Part shown: piece by piece, positions 1 to 10,475 of the stretch
Position numbering within the stretch: position 1 is the first letter of the stretch
Layout of the letters: every line of letters begins with the position of its first letter
Assembly: GCA_963735035.1 (NCBI GenBank)
Contig: CAVTJJ010000004.1
Location: 544,001 to 608,000, forward strand
From: an uncultured candidate division Zixibacteria bacterium
GTDB lineage: Bacteria; Zixibacteria; MSB-5A5; GN15; FEB-12
Reading direction: 5' to 3'
DNA: 64,000 bases
Made by a program: the position numbers and the translations under genes
The notes under the pieces: generated by a model
What the model was told of the DNA's origin: nothing
Databases searched by the model: none
The model's input: only the letters and a program-made list of their open reading frames with translations

Positions 1-1306
1 GGGTATCGCCGGGCTTCTTGCCATGGTAAGCGAGTTTGTAACCAATGGCCTTGTTCGCATCAGCACCAGCCTTGAATCTTTTCAGATTTCCACTTTGGTC
101 GCCAGACTCAGCACCTCGACTCTCGGAGAAGCGTGGGTTGGCCGGACGGTAACGCTCGCCTGGGATCCGATCTTCATCGCTGCCGGGATGTTTGTAGGCA
201 TGCGGGTGGCGGTCAGTATGATAGTGGGTTCGATAACCTGCTGGATGATCTTCGTCCCCCTGGTACAGCACTATGTACCTGAGGCCGCCGGGTTGTCCGG
301 TTTCCGAACCCTGGTTCAGTGGACCCTCTGGGGCGGTACCGCCTGCATGGTCACCTCGGGGATCCTATCGGTGTTGTTCCAGTGGAGAAGTGCCATGCGC
401 GCGTTCCAGGGACTGGGAGACATGTTCACGAAGAGCAGCGACAAAAAGCGTGACAAACTTGCCGAGATCGAAACTCCCGGCTCGTGGTTCATCATCGGGC
501 AATTCGTGGCGTTGGTCGGCCTCGCTTTCATGGCGAAAGCTACTTTCGGTATGCCCTATTGGCAGAGCTTTATCGCAGTAATTCTGAGTTTTGCGCTGGC
601 TCTGGTGGCCTGTCGTGTGACGGGTGAGACGGACACGACACCGGTGGGAGCGATGGGCAAGATCACCCAGCTCACGTTCGGCGCCCTTTCTCCGGGACAA
701 ATGAATGTGAACCTAATGGCGGCCAACATCACCGCCGGGGCGGCAACTTCCTCGGCCGACTTACTTACCGACCTGAAGAGCGGGTATCTGCTTGGCGCTA
801 ATCCGCGGAAGCAGTTTATCGCGCAGTTTGCGGGAATCTTCATAGGAACGCTTGTTACCGTGGCGGCTTTCCGCATTCTGGTGCCCAATGCGAGTGTGCT
901 GGGCACGGATCAATTTCCCGCTCCAGCGGCGCAGACCTGGAAGGGTGTTGCTGAAGCCATGGCGCTGGGGCTCGGCGCCATGCACCCGGTGAAGATTTGG
1001 AGCATCGTGATCGGAGGTCTTATCGGCCTTATTCTACCGATTCTTTCGCGCTTGTTTCCCAATAAGCAGAAGTGGATACCTTCGGCGGCGGGTATTGGAC
1101 TGGCCTGGATCTTCCAGTGGTTCTACGGCCTGCTGTTCTTCGTCGGCGCTTTGATCGGCTATGGCTGGCAGAAGAAGAATCCGAAACAGAGTGAGGAATT
1201 CCTGTTCCCGGTTGCGTCGGGTATTGTAGCCGGCGGCGCGCTCATGGGAGTGGTCCTGATCTTCTGGGAGAATGGTCCGGAGATTTGGAAGCAACTGTTC
1301 GGATGA
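1..1306 (+). CDS. OPT family oligopeptide transporter (probably 5'-truncated by window edge)
   Basis: Multi-TM protein with OPT/YSL motifs GETDTTPVGAMGKITQ, DLLTDLKSGYLLGANPRKQFIAQ, FPAPAA, ASGIVAGGAL; ORF track start at 23 is likely internal. Confidence 0.88.
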   Translation, partial: GIAGLLAMVSEFVTNGLVRISTSLESFQISTLVARLSTSTLGEAWVGRTVTLAWDPIFIAAGMFVGMRVAVSMIVGSITCWMIFVPLVQHYVPEAAGLSGFRTLVQWTLWGGTACMVTSGILSVLFQWRSAMRAFQGLGDMFTKSSDKKRDKLAEIETPGSWFIIGQFVALVGLAFMAKATFGMPYWQSFIAVILSFALALVACRVTGETDTTPVGAMGKITQLTFGALSPGQMNVNLMAANITAGAATSSADLLTDLKSGYLLGANPRKQFIAQFAGIFIGTLVTVAAFRILVPNASVLGTDQFPAPAAQTWKGVAEAMALGLGAMHPVKIWSIVIGGLIGLILPILSRLFPNKQKWIPSAAGIGLAWIFQWFYGLLFFVGALIGYGWQKKNPKQSEEFLFPVASGIVAGGALMGVVLIFWENGPEIWKQLFG

Positions 1307-1344
1307 TAAGCACCTGAATTTGTGTTGACATCAAGAATGTATTG

Positions 1345-1379
1345 AAAGGGCAGGTCAATTGACCTGCCCTTTTCTTTTT
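1345..1379 (+). terminator. Rho-independent terminator
   Basis: AAAGGGCAGGTC-AATT-GACCTGCCCTTT perfect stem followed by TCTTTTT, just after the OPT stop. Confidence 0.85.
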
Positions 1380-1649
1380 GATACGAATCGACACTAGACC
1401 GCCACCTGATTGCTATTCGTGCGCCAACTTGCCGGTTTGTGTCGAAAACGACGAGCTGGTGGACGGGGACCCCCGATCAAGTCGGGGGCAGGCTCACTTG
1501 CCACGGGGTGGCCGACTATCTGTCTATCCAATAGGTTGAACAGGACCAACTTCCGCGAGCTTCTTCTCATTCTCAAATCCCCCCCTTTTTAGTTGCTTTG
1601 AACCACCCTTTGGCCTACCATCGCCGTCTGTTGTAACAAAGGGTGTATT

Positions 1650-2654
1650 GTGACCGAGACGACCGCAAAAAAAGAAACCATCCTCTCCGGCATGCAGCCG
1701 ACCGGGTCGCTCCATATCGGCAACCTCGAAGGCGCCCTCCGGAATTGGGTCCGCCTCCAGAACGACTACTGGATGTTTTGCTGTATTGTCGACTGGCATG
1801 CCCTGACCGCCGATTTTGAAGATACTTCGGTCCTGAAAGACCGCATCTTCCAGATGACTCTCGACTGGCTGGCCGCCGGACTCAATCCGGACAAGTGCGC
1901 CATATTTATTCAGTCTGAAGTCAAAGAACACGCCGAGCTGCACCTGATTTTCTCAATGCTGACCACGATCCCGACGCTGACCCGTCTGCCGACCTACCTG
2001 GAGAAGAAGGAGCAGGGCTTGGACTCGTACGGGTTCCTCGGTTACCCGGTCCTGCAGGCGGCCGATATCTGCATTTACAACGCCAATAAGGTTCCGGTCG
2101 GCAAGGACCAGGAGAAGCATATCTGGCTGGCAGCCGATCTGGCCAAGCGGTTTAATTCGCTCTACAAGAAGGTGTTCGTTGAGCCGCAGGTTCTGTTAAC
2201 CGAGATTCCAATCATACCCGGCAGTGACAACCGGAAGATGTCCAAATCGCTCGGGAATCATATTCCGCTCGAATTCACTGAAAAAGAGACCGAGAAGCGG
2301 CTAAGAAGTTATTACACTGACCCGAAGAAGCTCCGTCAGGGAGACCCCGGCACGCCGGAAATCTGCCCGGTCTATCTCCTGCATCGGATATACACCGCCA
2401 ACCCGGTCGAAGAAATCGCCCCGGGCTGTCGGAGCGGTGTACTAGGCTGTGTGGACTGCAAGATGAAGCTGGCGGCGAATCTGAACGCCAATCTGCAGCC
2501 GATTAGAGAGCGTCGCGCCGAACTGGTCAAGCAGCCCGATTTCATCTGGGATGTGCTGACGACCGGAGCCGATAGGGCGCGTCAACGGGCACAAAACGTT
2601 ATGGAAAAGGTTAGGTCAGCTATGAAGATGGCCTATCGAGAGAAGAAGAAATGA
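1650..2654 (+). CDS. trpS: Tryptophan--tRNA ligase
   Basis: SGMQPTGSLHIGN (HIGH), YPVLQAADI, VPVGKDQ, KMSKS motifs. Confidence 0.96.
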   Translation: MTETTAKKETILSGMQPTGSLHIGNLEGALRNWVRLQNDYWMFCCIVDWHALTADFEDTSVLKDRIFQMTLDWLAAGLNPDKCAIFIQSEVKEHAELHLIFSMLTTIPTLTRLPTYLEKKEQGLDSYGFLGYPVLQAADICIYNANKVPVGKDQEKHIWLAADLAKRFNSLYKKVFVEPQVLLTEIPIIPGSDNRKMSKSLGNHIPLEFTEKETEKRLRSYYTDPKKLRQGDPGTPEICPVYLLHRIYTANPVEEIAPGCRSGVLGCVDCKMKLAANLNANLQPIRERRAELVKQPDFIWDVLTTGADRARQRAQNVMEKVRSAMKMAYREKKK

Positions 2655-3454
2655 CCGAAGCGATACTCGACAGTCGCACCGACAACTACCGGGTCAACAT
2701 TGATGTCTTCAGCGGTCCGCTCGACTTGCTGCTTCACCTGATCAAGGTCGAAGAGGTTGACATCTACGAAATCCCGATCGCCAAGATCACCAGCCAGTAT
2801 CTCCGCTACATGGATTTGATGCAGAATCTGGACCTGGAAGTGGCCGGCGAGTTCATCCTGATGGCAGCCACGTTGATCCGGATTAAGACACGCCTGCTTC
2901 TGCCCCAGGATGAAAACGATCCGGACGAACCCGATCCGCGCGAAGAACTGATCATGGCGTTGATCGAGTACAAGAAGTACAAAGAAGCCGGCGAGATTCT
3001 GGGTGATCGGGCACGGATCGAAGAGCATTATGTCATACCGCCGTCGCCGCTGGGACAGATCGAAGGAGTGGTAGATCTTCAGCCGATGACTTCGCTCTAC
3101 GATCTGATCATGGCGTACAAAGATGTCACCAAAGTGCGGCCGGTCAAAGATGTTCACGAAGTTATTGCGCAGCGGGTGACGATTGAAGAGCGGATGCAGT
3201 GGGTGGTGCAGATGATTCGTCAGCGGGAGTCGGCGACATTTATCGAATTGTTCGCTGACACTCCGCACAAGATAGTCGCCGTGGTGACGTTCGTAGCGCT
3301 TCTGGAACTGGCACGGACGCATCGAATCAAGATTTGTCAGGCGCTGCCGTTTACCGAAGTACGTGTGTACCCCGGTGAGGCGATCAACGCGCCGTTGAGA
3401 GATATAGACCTAATTGACTATGCCAATAACGATCAACAGGGTGTGACGATATGA
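2651..3454 (+). CDS. scpA: Segregation/condensation protein A
   Basis: FSGPLDLLLHLI, EFILMAATLIRIK, VVTFVALLEL; ATGA overlap with trpS. Confidence 0.93.
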   Translation: MTEAILDSRTDNYRVNIDVFSGPLDLLLHLIKVEEVDIYEIPIAKITSQYLRYMDLMQNLDLEVAGEFILMAATLIRIKTRLLLPQDENDPDEPDPREELIMALIEYKKYKEAGEILGDRARIEEHYVIPPSPLGQIEGVVDLQPMTSLYDLIMAYKDVTKVRPVKDVHEVIAQRVTIEERMQWVVQMIRQRESATFIELFADTPHKIVAVVTFVALLELARTHRIKICQALPFTEVRVYPGEAINAPLRDIDLIDYANNDQQGVTI

Positions 3455-4266
3455 CCGAAGAACAATATCTGACTTCGAAAGTAGAAGCGCTCGTCCTGGC
3501 GTCGCCGGAACCGCTGCCGACCAAGCGCATTGTCGGCGTACTCAACGATCTGACCCCGTCGCAGGTGGCCCGTTCCATCGCGGCGCTGAATACCGCCTAT
3601 GCTACCAGCGGGTCGAGTTTCCGCATTCGCGAACTGGCCGGCGGCTATCAGTACTACATTATGCCGGAATATGAAGGTGTGGTCGAGAGTCTGTTCACCC
3701 GGCGTAGGCAGCTTCGATTGACCCGCGCAGCGCTTGAGACGGCCGCGATTATCGCGTATCGTCAACCTACTACCAAGGTCGATATCGAGCATATCCGCGG
3801 CGTCGCGTCCGATGGCGTCATCCGCACCCTGCTCGAAAAGAATCTGATCCGTATGACCGGCCGCGCCGACACAGTCGGCAAGCCGCTTCAATACGGCACC
3901 ACCGATGAGTTTCTGAAGTTCTTCGGCCTCGCGCGTCTCGAAGATCTCCCCAAGATGTCGGAGATCGAAGAGATGATCCAGGCGGAAGAGCCGCGCCGTC
4001 AGACCGAACTCGAACTGCCGCTTGATCCCGATGAGCAGCCGATCAAATTGAATGTGGCCGATGGCACGTTCGATCCGGAAAGACGCGAGCGGCTGGAAGA
4101 TGGCCTCGGCGAGGAATTTGACGAAGGCGATCCGGATGTTCTGGACAGCGCGGCCCGCTTAGTTTTGAAACGTGGCACTGAGAATATAGAATCACCGGAC
4201 GACGAAATTCTCGAAGACGAAGAGGTCGAGATTTCCGAGCAGCCTGCCGTGGCGGGCGACAACTGA
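3451..4266 (+). CDS. scpB: SMC-Scp complex subunit ScpB with acidic C-terminal tail
   Basis: LTRAALETAAIIAYRQP, IRGV, YGTTDEFLKFFGL..L..LP; ATGA overlap with scpA. Confidence 0.95.
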   Translation: MTEEQYLTSKVEALVLASPEPLPTKRIVGVLNDLTPSQVARSIAALNTAYATSGSSFRIRELAGGYQYYIMPEYEGVVESLFTRRRQLRLTRAALETAAIIAYRQPTTKVDIEHIRGVASDGVIRTLLEKNLIRMTGRADTVGKPLQYGTTDEFLKFFGLARLEDLPKMSEIEEMIQAEEPRRQTELELPLDPDEQPIKLNVADGTFDPERRERLEDGLGEEFDEGDPDVLDSAARLVLKRGTENIESPDDEILEDEEVEISEQPAVAGDN

Positions 4267-4304
4267 GACTCTCATCCGGTGTTATCAGGATTGCATAACC
4301 CGGT

Positions 4305-5039
4305 ATGGCCTTAGTTCGTATCAACAAGTACCTATCGATGTGCGGGATTACGTCCCGTCGGGGGGCCGATGACCTTATTACCCAGGGGAAAGTTACGATC
4401 AATGACCTGCTCCTGACCGAACGGGGTGCGGTGGTTGATACGGACATTGATGTAGTAGCAGTCGACGGCGTCGTGGCCAAGCTGGTCGAAGAATTGATCT
4501 ACGTTCTGCTTAACAAGCCGGTCAGCACGATGACCACGCTGGATGATCCGTATAAGCGACGGACGATTGTCCACTACCTGAAGAATCTAGCACAACGAGT
4601 ATATCCGGTGGGGCGGCTGGATTTCGATTCCGAGGGAGTTTTGATTCTCACCAACGACGGCGATTTGGCGTATCGGTTGGCGCATCCGGGCTTTGAGGTG
4701 CCGAAGATCTACGAGGCGCTCGTGAAGGGACGTTTCCAAAAGGATGGCGCCGAGAAGATCAAGAAGGGGATCACGCTGGAAGATGGCGCGATCGGGCACG
4801 CCAAAGTTTCGGTCCTGGGTTACAACAACGACGAGACGAGAATCCGGTTGATACTGACCGAAGGGCGCAAGCGGGAAGTGAAACAACTGTGCAAGGCGGT
4901 GGGCCATCCGGTGGTGCACCTGCGACGTGTTGAGTATGCGGGGATACAGCTTGGCAGCTTGAAGCCGGGGCAGTTCCGGCATCTCACACCCGGCGAAGTC
5001 AGCCGCCTGCGCAAAATGGTGGGGATGGTAAAAGATTAG
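4305..5039 (+). CDS. rluB: rRNA pseudouridine synthase (RluB/RsuA family)
   Basis: S4 domain (RINKYLS..G..SRR.AD), YPVGRLDFDSEG.LILTNDG, EGRKRE; typical scpAB-rluB synteny. Confidence 0.85.
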   Translation: MALVRINKYLSMCGITSRRGADDLITQGKVTINDLLLTERGAVVDTDIDVVAVDGVVAKLVEELIYVLLNKPVSTMTTLDDPYKRRTIVHYLKNLAQRVYPVGRLDFDSEGVLILTNDGDLAYRLAHPGFEVPKIYEALVKGRFQKDGAEKIKKGITLEDGAIGHAKVSVLGYNNDETRIRLILTEGRKREVKQLCKAVGHPVVHLRRVEYAGIQLGSLKPGQFRHLTPGEVSRLRKMVGMVKD

Positions 5040-5063
5040 CGACGATGGTTTAGGGGAGAAACC

Positions 5064-5856
5064 GGTACCCCACAGCTTGCTGTGGGTGTGACAGCCCTGA
5101 AACAGGACGCCAGTCCTGTCATTCCTGCGAAGGCAGGAACCCAGACAAGACGGAAGATCACTGGAGATTGTGCTCAATAAGCATCTTGCTGCGCAGATAT
5201 TTCTCAATGTGAACGTACAATTCACAGCGGTCTTGACTGGGCCCCCGACGCCTCGGGGGTGACGGCCCATAGGCCGTCTTGTTTCTTGCTCCGGTACCCC
5301 ACCCAACGGGTGGGATTATTCAAGCTAGTAAATCGCTGCTCTCGCAAGGAAATACGCGTTCGTTCTGAACGGCGCGCCTAGCCCCGTCATGCCCGACCTG
5401 GTCGGGCACCCATGACCTCTCGCGTTGGCAGAATGTGAAGGGATTACTTGAGAGTCAGTTGCTGGATAGGAAGGTCTTGTGCGTACGTGACGGTCGATAC
5501 AAGAGAAGAGATTCTACGGTCGTCAGTTCTCTCGATTGCATTGCTTCTATCTCAATCGCGACAGCCCATGGGCCCCCGACGTCTCGGGGGTGACGGCCTC
5601 TCGGCCGTCGACACATTCACCGGTACCCCATCAATCGGGTGGGATTTGGAACCGGGCGTACTTCCCCGTCATGCCCGACTTGGTCGGGCACCCATGACCA
5701 CTCGCGTTGGCAGAATGTGAAGGGATCACTTGAGAGTCAGTTGCTGGAAGGGAAAACCAGGAATGGCAGGTTCTCGCCCCGGCGAGCAGGCGAAGACGGA
5801 CCTGCCCTACACGAACTTGTTTTCGGAGATTCGGCAGGGTTGGAACCCTGCCGATC
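5064..5856. repeat. Cluster of REP-like palindromic repeats (several families)
   Basis: CCCACAGC-hairpin 5064-5087 (inverse copy 13011-13034); CCCCCGACG-CTCGGGGGTGAC units at ~5238 and ~5570; GTCATGCCCGAC-GTCGGGCA units at 5382-5466 and 5664-5748; GTAG-type REP 5765-5811 (inverse copy 13050-13096); CGGCAGGGTT-AACCCTGCCG at ~5830. Confidence 0.85.
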
Positions 5857-5919
5857 AGTAGTGGGTAGAGGGCTCCATAGCCACTATCGCCGCACTCTTC
5901 TATTGCATATATTCCCTAC

Positions 5920-6879
5920 ATGAATCCGCGATGGCTCGCGATTGTTGTTCTCTTGGTCGCTCTTTTCGGCGCAGTGGGTAACGCCGAAACTACGCCCATC
6001 ACGCGAGGCAATTTCACCTACTACTTCGACGTCCCACAGTACATCGATCAAGCTGACTCTGCTCTTCATGCGGCGCACACTCGGCTTCAAACTCTGCTCA
6101 AGAGCGATCTCGATTTCCCATCCGAAGTATTTCTGGTATCTTCCAATACGACGTTCGATAGTCTTCTTGGCGGTCAATTCCCCGATTGGGGCGCGGCGGC
6201 CGCAATCCCGGCCCTGAAGCGCATCGTACTCCGATCTCCGGAAACCTCTCCCGTGAACCGGCCTTTCAATGAACTCCTCAGTCACGAGTATTCTCACTTG
6301 GCCCTCGATTACCGTACCGGCCTGCATTCGGCGCCGCGCTGGTTCGATGAAGGCCTCGCGATGATTGTATCGATGCAATGGTCGTGGGACGACAACCTGA
6401 CGCTTAACCTGGCGTCGGTGACCGGGCAGTTCATCCCGCTCAACGACATCGATCTGGTCAATCGGTTCGGCGAATCGAAAGCCCGCTTGGCGTACGGTGA
6501 ATCGTACATGGCCGTACAGTACTTTTTCGACAATTACGGTGTCGAAGGAGTAAACCAGTTTATCGATCAGGTCGCCCGAGGAGTGTCTTTGGACGACGCT
6601 TTGATGGCTTCGACAGGGTCGAATTATCGTGATTTCGACGAGGAAATCCGCGTATATTTGAGCCAACGTTTCAACCTGATTGGACTGGTGGCTGATACGA
6701 TGTATTTCTGGTTAGGTCTGGCCATAATTGCCATAGTCGGGTTTGTCCTGAAAATGCGGCGGCGGCGTCAATATTATAAGAAGTGGGAAGAAGAAGAGAA
6801 ACTGGCGTCGACCGATTTCGATTACGGCGACCCGGACGATCCGGAAGCGCCGGACGACGAGGAACCATGGCGTCGCTGA
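5920..6879 (+). CDS. Peptidase MA-like metalloprotease, signal peptide plus C-terminal TM
   Basis: HEYSH zinc motif followed by PRWFDEGLA and LAYGES; N-terminal hydrophobic signal. Confidence 0.8.
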   Translation: MNPRWLAIVVLLVALFGAVGNAETTPITRGNFTYYFDVPQYIDQADSALHAAHTRLQTLLKSDLDFPSEVFLVSSNTTFDSLLGGQFPDWGAAAAIPALKRIVLRSPETSPVNRPFNELLSHEYSHLALDYRTGLHSAPRWFDEGLAMIVSMQWSWDDNLTLNLASVTGQFIPLNDIDLVNRFGESKARLAYGESYMAVQYFFDNYGVEGVNQFIDQVARGVSLDDALMASTGSNYRDFDEEIRVYLSQRFNLIGLVADTMYFWLGLAIIAIVGFVLKMRRRRQYYKKWEEEEKLASTDFDYGDPDDPEAPDDEEPWRR

Positions 6880-7781
6880 GTGATCGCCTGGAATATCTGT
6901 TGGCACGTGCGGGGATGGCGCTGGCGTGTAGCCTGAGCGAACGTCAGGCTGCGAAGTTCGGGGCATGCCTGGGGCGCATCGCACATCGAGTGCTGGGTTC
7001 GCGACGGCGTCTCGCACAAGACAACATGCGACGGGCATTGGCGAATTCGTTGACAGAGGATCAGGTGCGGGAGAATGTCCGCAAGGTCTTCATCAATCTC
7101 GGGTGCACAATGATTGAGTTGGCCCGATACCGCAAAGTCGGTACTGACGGTCTGAAAGTTCTCGTAGATGATACCGGTCTTGAGCCTGTTCGCGAGGCGC
7201 TGAGAGGCGGGCGAGGTGTGATTGTGGCGACGGCCCATTTCGGCAATTGGGAAATGCTAGCGGCTGCGATGGCAGTGCATGGGCTTCCTATTGACGCTCT
7301 CGCGCTGACGCAGCAGAATCGGCTGGTCAATGATCTCGTCCAGAACCTTCGCCGCGACATGGGCATTCGAATACTCGAAACGCCGCTCAATGCGCGCCAG
7401 GTGTTTCGTTCGCTGCAGGACAATCGTATCGTTTATATGGCGGCTGATCAGCACGCCCCGGCCGAAACGCTCGTGCTGGATTTCTTCGGAAGGCCGGCGG
7501 CCGTAGTGCGTGGTCCGGCGCTGTTTGCCGTGCGTTGCAAGTGCCCGATTATCCCCATGCTGTTGCGGCGCGATGAAAGTGGGCGTCTGGTGAAGGTTAT
7601 CGGCGATACTCTGTATCCTCCGGCATCAGGCGACGAGGACGCCGATGTCCGGGCTATGACATTTCACTACCTGACATTCCTGGAGAAACAGATCAGAAAA
7701 TGGCCGGATCAGTGGATGTGGACACATAACCGCTGGAAATTGAAACCGGCGGAAAGCAACCAAGACGCAGATCAGACGTAG
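6867..7781 (+). CDS. Lipid A biosynthesis acyltransferase (LpxL/HtrB-like)
   Basis: AHFGNWE, ADQ, FFGRPA, PDQWMWTHNRWK; start moved to ATG 6867 (GAGGA upstream). Confidence 0.88.
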   Translation: MASLSDRLEYLLARAGMALACSLSERQAAKFGACLGRIAHRVLGSRRRLAQDNMRRALANSLTEDQVRENVRKVFINLGCTMIELARYRKVGTDGLKVLVDDTGLEPVREALRGGRGVIVATAHFGNWEMLAAAMAVHGLPIDALALTQQNRLVNDLVQNLRRDMGIRILETPLNARQVFRSLQDNRIVYMAADQHAPAETLVLDFFGRPAAVVRGPALFAVRCKCPIIPMLLRRDESGRLVKVIGDTLYPPASGDEDADVRAMTFHYLTFLEKQIRKWPDQWMWTHNRWKLKPAESNQDADQT

Positions 7782-7868
7782 AAGAATATACCGTGCTCTG
7801 ATACTTAGGCCTATCGGCGTTATTGCCGAAGCGTATGAGCGGGCCAACCTGAGGCAAGAGGTTCGTTT

Positions 7869-9137
7869 GTGAAGAAATATGTTATCGGAATTGTCATAGT
7901 GCTCGTGATCCTGGGCGGGTACCTGGGCGTCAACGCCATCTTTACGAAATCAATCGACATTCCGTCGGTGGTTGTGACATCTGGTCCATTGAATATCACC
8001 CAACAGGCGGCCGGGACCGTGGATGCAGCACGAGCCTACACTATTTCGTCGCCGCGCATTCGAAGCTTGCAGATCACCTGGCTCGCCCCCGAAGGATCCC
8101 AGGCGAAGGTCGGCGACACAGTCATTAAGTTCGACGCCAGTCAGCAGGTGGCCGAGCTGACCGACCATGAATCAACTCTCAAAATCAGCCAAACCTCACT
8201 CGATCGCGCCAAACAGGAGTACGCGCTGCAGAAGAAGAATCTGGAATTGGAGCTTCAGAAAGCGGAGCGCGTATATGACGAGCAGAAGCACGAGGCCCCG
8301 CGATTGGCCGAAGAAGCCCGCCTGGAACTTGACTTGGCGAAGCTCAACTATGAGGGGAAACTCGATCAGCTCACGGCCGATGTGCAAAAGGCCGAGCTCG
8401 AAGTTCAGCGCGCGCGCGACCAAGTGAATGTGGCCCAGAAAGAACTCGAACAGATGACCATTGTAGCGCCGATTCCCGGCATGGTGGTCTACCTGGAAAT
8501 CTGGAAGGGGAACCAGATGTCAAAAGTCCAGGAAGGTGATTCCCCCTGGCCGGGACAAGGGTTGGTCAATTTGCCCGACCTGAACGAGATGATTGTCAAG
8601 GCGGTCGTGTCCGAAGTTGACGCCGCGCGGGTCGATTCCGGCCAGCAGGTCATCGTGACGCTCGATGCCAGCCCTGACAAGAAGTACAAAGGGGAAGTCC
8701 GCAAGAAGAGCACCCTGGCGCGCAAGAAGGACCCCGGCTCCAAGATCAATGTGTTCGATATCGAAATCGCCATTCTCGATAAAGACGATCATCTCAAGCC
8801 GGGGATGTCGGCGTCCTGTCAGGTAATCATGGATCAATTGCCGGATGTGATAAAAGTACCGCTCGAAGCCGTGTTCGAGAAGGAAGGCCGCACGGTGGTG
8901 TATCTCGACAACAAGAAGGAAGTCGAAGTCAAGGTCGGCCGTCGCAACGACATGGAAATTGAGGTCACCGAGGGACTGAAAGGGGGCGAGAAGATTTGTC
9001 TGGTCGACCCGACCCTTCAGGACCTGACCATGCCCGGTGACAAGGCTACCGAACCTGAATTGAATCAGGGGCGGCGTCAACCGCAGGGTGGATCGGGTGG
9101 CGGAGAGCGGCCCGCGGGCGGGCGTCGCGGACATTAG
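7869..9137 (+). CDS. Periplasmic adaptor (MacA/HlyD-like membrane fusion protein)
   Basis: N-terminal TM, EGSQAKVGD lipoyl half, coiled coil, IVAPIPGMV, LKPGMS, VKVG. Confidence 0.88.
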   Translation: MKKYVIGIVIVLVILGGYLGVNAIFTKSIDIPSVVVTSGPLNITQQAAGTVDAARAYTISSPRIRSLQITWLAPEGSQAKVGDTVIKFDASQQVAELTDHESTLKISQTSLDRAKQEYALQKKNLELELQKAERVYDEQKHEAPRLAEEARLELDLAKLNYEGKLDQLTADVQKAELEVQRARDQVNVAQKELEQMTIVAPIPGMVVYLEIWKGNQMSKVQEGDSPWPGQGLVNLPDLNEMIVKAVVSEVDAARVDSGQQVIVTLDASPDKKYKGEVRKKSTLARKKDPGSKINVFDIEIAILDKDDHLKPGMSASCQVIMDQLPDVIKVPLEAVFEKEGRTVVYLDNKKEVEVKVGRRNDMEIEVTEGLKGGEKICLVDPTLQDLTMPGDKATEPELNQGRRQPQGGSGGGERPAGGRRGH

Positions 9138-9148
9138 GTGATTGATTA

Positions 9149-10450
9149 ATGGATTACCGCCATATCCTTCGCATCGCTTCGGACTCGCTCGCCGCGCACA
9201 AACTGCGGACGGCGCTCACCATGCTTGGCGTCATCATGGGTGTGGCCGCAGTGGTGTCCATGCTTTCAATCGGTGAAGGAGCGAAGCAGGAAGCGCTCGA
9301 GCAGATTTCCATTCTCGGCATCAATAACATAATCATTAACGCCCGTATTCCCGAAGAGACCCCCGGAGTGGTGCAGGCGTTGGGGCGGTCACCGGGTCTG
9401 TGTCTGGATGACGGCGCCAATATCGCACAGTTTACGAACCTGGTGTCCAGTGTGGTGCCGCAACGCTTCGAGCCTATCCCGTCGATTTCGTGCGGCGGTA
9501 GCGAGGCTTCAGTGCGGGTGGTAGCCACGGTGCCGTCGTTCGTTAAGTCGTCGTCGATCGACGTAGAACGCGGACGATTCATCACTGATAGAGACAATGA
9601 CGATTTCTCGCAGGTCTGTGTACTCGGCGCCAAAGCCAAGCGCGAACTGTTCGCGTTTGACAATCCAATCGGCCGCTCGGTCAGAATCGGTGATATGGAT
9701 TTCATTGTGATCGGTGTCATGGCCGACAAGTACATCGGGCGGGGCAAAGTCGAAGGACTCGAGCTCAAGAATTTCAACGAGGATGTGTATATCCCGTTTC
9801 AGACGGCGGTCAAGAAATTCGACCGGGCGAGTGGAGGATCAGAAACCAACTTCTGGGGCGGCGGCGTCACAATTAACACGGTGATGCAGGCATACAACAC
9901 GCCGGAGATAGATCAGTTGACGATTACGGTTCCGGACCTTTCCAAAGTACCGGCGGTGTCGAAGTTAGTTGAGCAGGTCATGGCCAGACGGCACTCGGGA
10001 ATTCAAGATTATGAAATAGTCGTGCCGGAATCGCTTCTGCGTCAGTCGCAAAAGACGCAACAGATCTTCAATATCGTCATGGGCGCCATCGCGGGGCTGT
10101 CGCTGCTCGTGGGGGGTATCGGGATCATGAACATCATGCTCGCGACCGTCCTTGAGAGAACGCGCGAGATCGGTGTCCGGCGAGCGGTCGGCGCCTGCCA
10201 GGGAGACATTCTCCGCCAGTTTCTGTTCGAAGCGGTTGTGATTTGTCTGTTTGGCTGTGCGATAGGTCTGGCGGTCGGCTACATCATCTCTCGGGCGATC
10301 GCATTCTATGCTGGATGGACCACGATCGTGTCGCTCTTCTCGATTGTGCTGGCGGTGGGTGTCTCCACGGCGGTCGGAATCATATTCGGTATCTATCCGG
10401 CGCGCAAGGCGGCTCGGCTCGATGTCATCGAGTCGCTCAGGTATGAGTAA
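9149..10450 (+). CDS. MacB/FtsX-like ABC transporter permease
   Basis: KLRTALTMLGVIMGV, SLLVGGIGIMNIML..V.ERTREIGVRRAVGA, YPARKAARLD. Confidence 0.92.
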   Translation: MDYRHILRIASDSLAAHKLRTALTMLGVIMGVAAVVSMLSIGEGAKQEALEQISILGINNIIINARIPEETPGVVQALGRSPGLCLDDGANIAQFTNLVSSVVPQRFEPIPSISCGGSEASVRVVATVPSFVKSSSIDVERGRFITDRDNDDFSQVCVLGAKAKRELFAFDNPIGRSVRIGDMDFIVIGVMADKYIGRGKVEGLELKNFNEDVYIPFQTAVKKFDRASGGSETNFWGGGVTINTVMQAYNTPEIDQLTITVPDLSKVPAVSKLVEQVMARRHSGIQDYEIVVPESLLRQSQKTQQIFNIVMGAIAGLSLLVGGIGIMNIMLATVLERTREIGVRRAVGACQGDILRQFLFEAVVICLFGCAIGLAVGYIISRAIAFYAGWTTIVSLFSIVLAVGVSTAVGIIFGIYPARKAARLDVIESLRYE

Positions 10451-10475
10451 CAAATCATCTGGACAGAGGTAGATC

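Noticed and set aside
1..1306. OPT transporters as part of the RiPP system
   Set aside because: Both OPT genes are 14 kb and 39 kb away and separated by housekeeping operons; nothing in the sequence links them
1380..1649. T-box or attenuator upstream of trpS
   Set aside because: No T-box consensus or Trp-codon leader peptide seen; the hairpin present belongs to the dispersed CCCCGATCAAGTCGGGG repeat family
5448..5923. Short ORFs in repeat regions (also 14259-14740, 18327-18927, 38128-38415, 56443-56757, 61949-62155)
   Set aside because: They are translations of palindromic repeats; their mutual similarity reflects the DNA repeat, with no RBS or protein motifs
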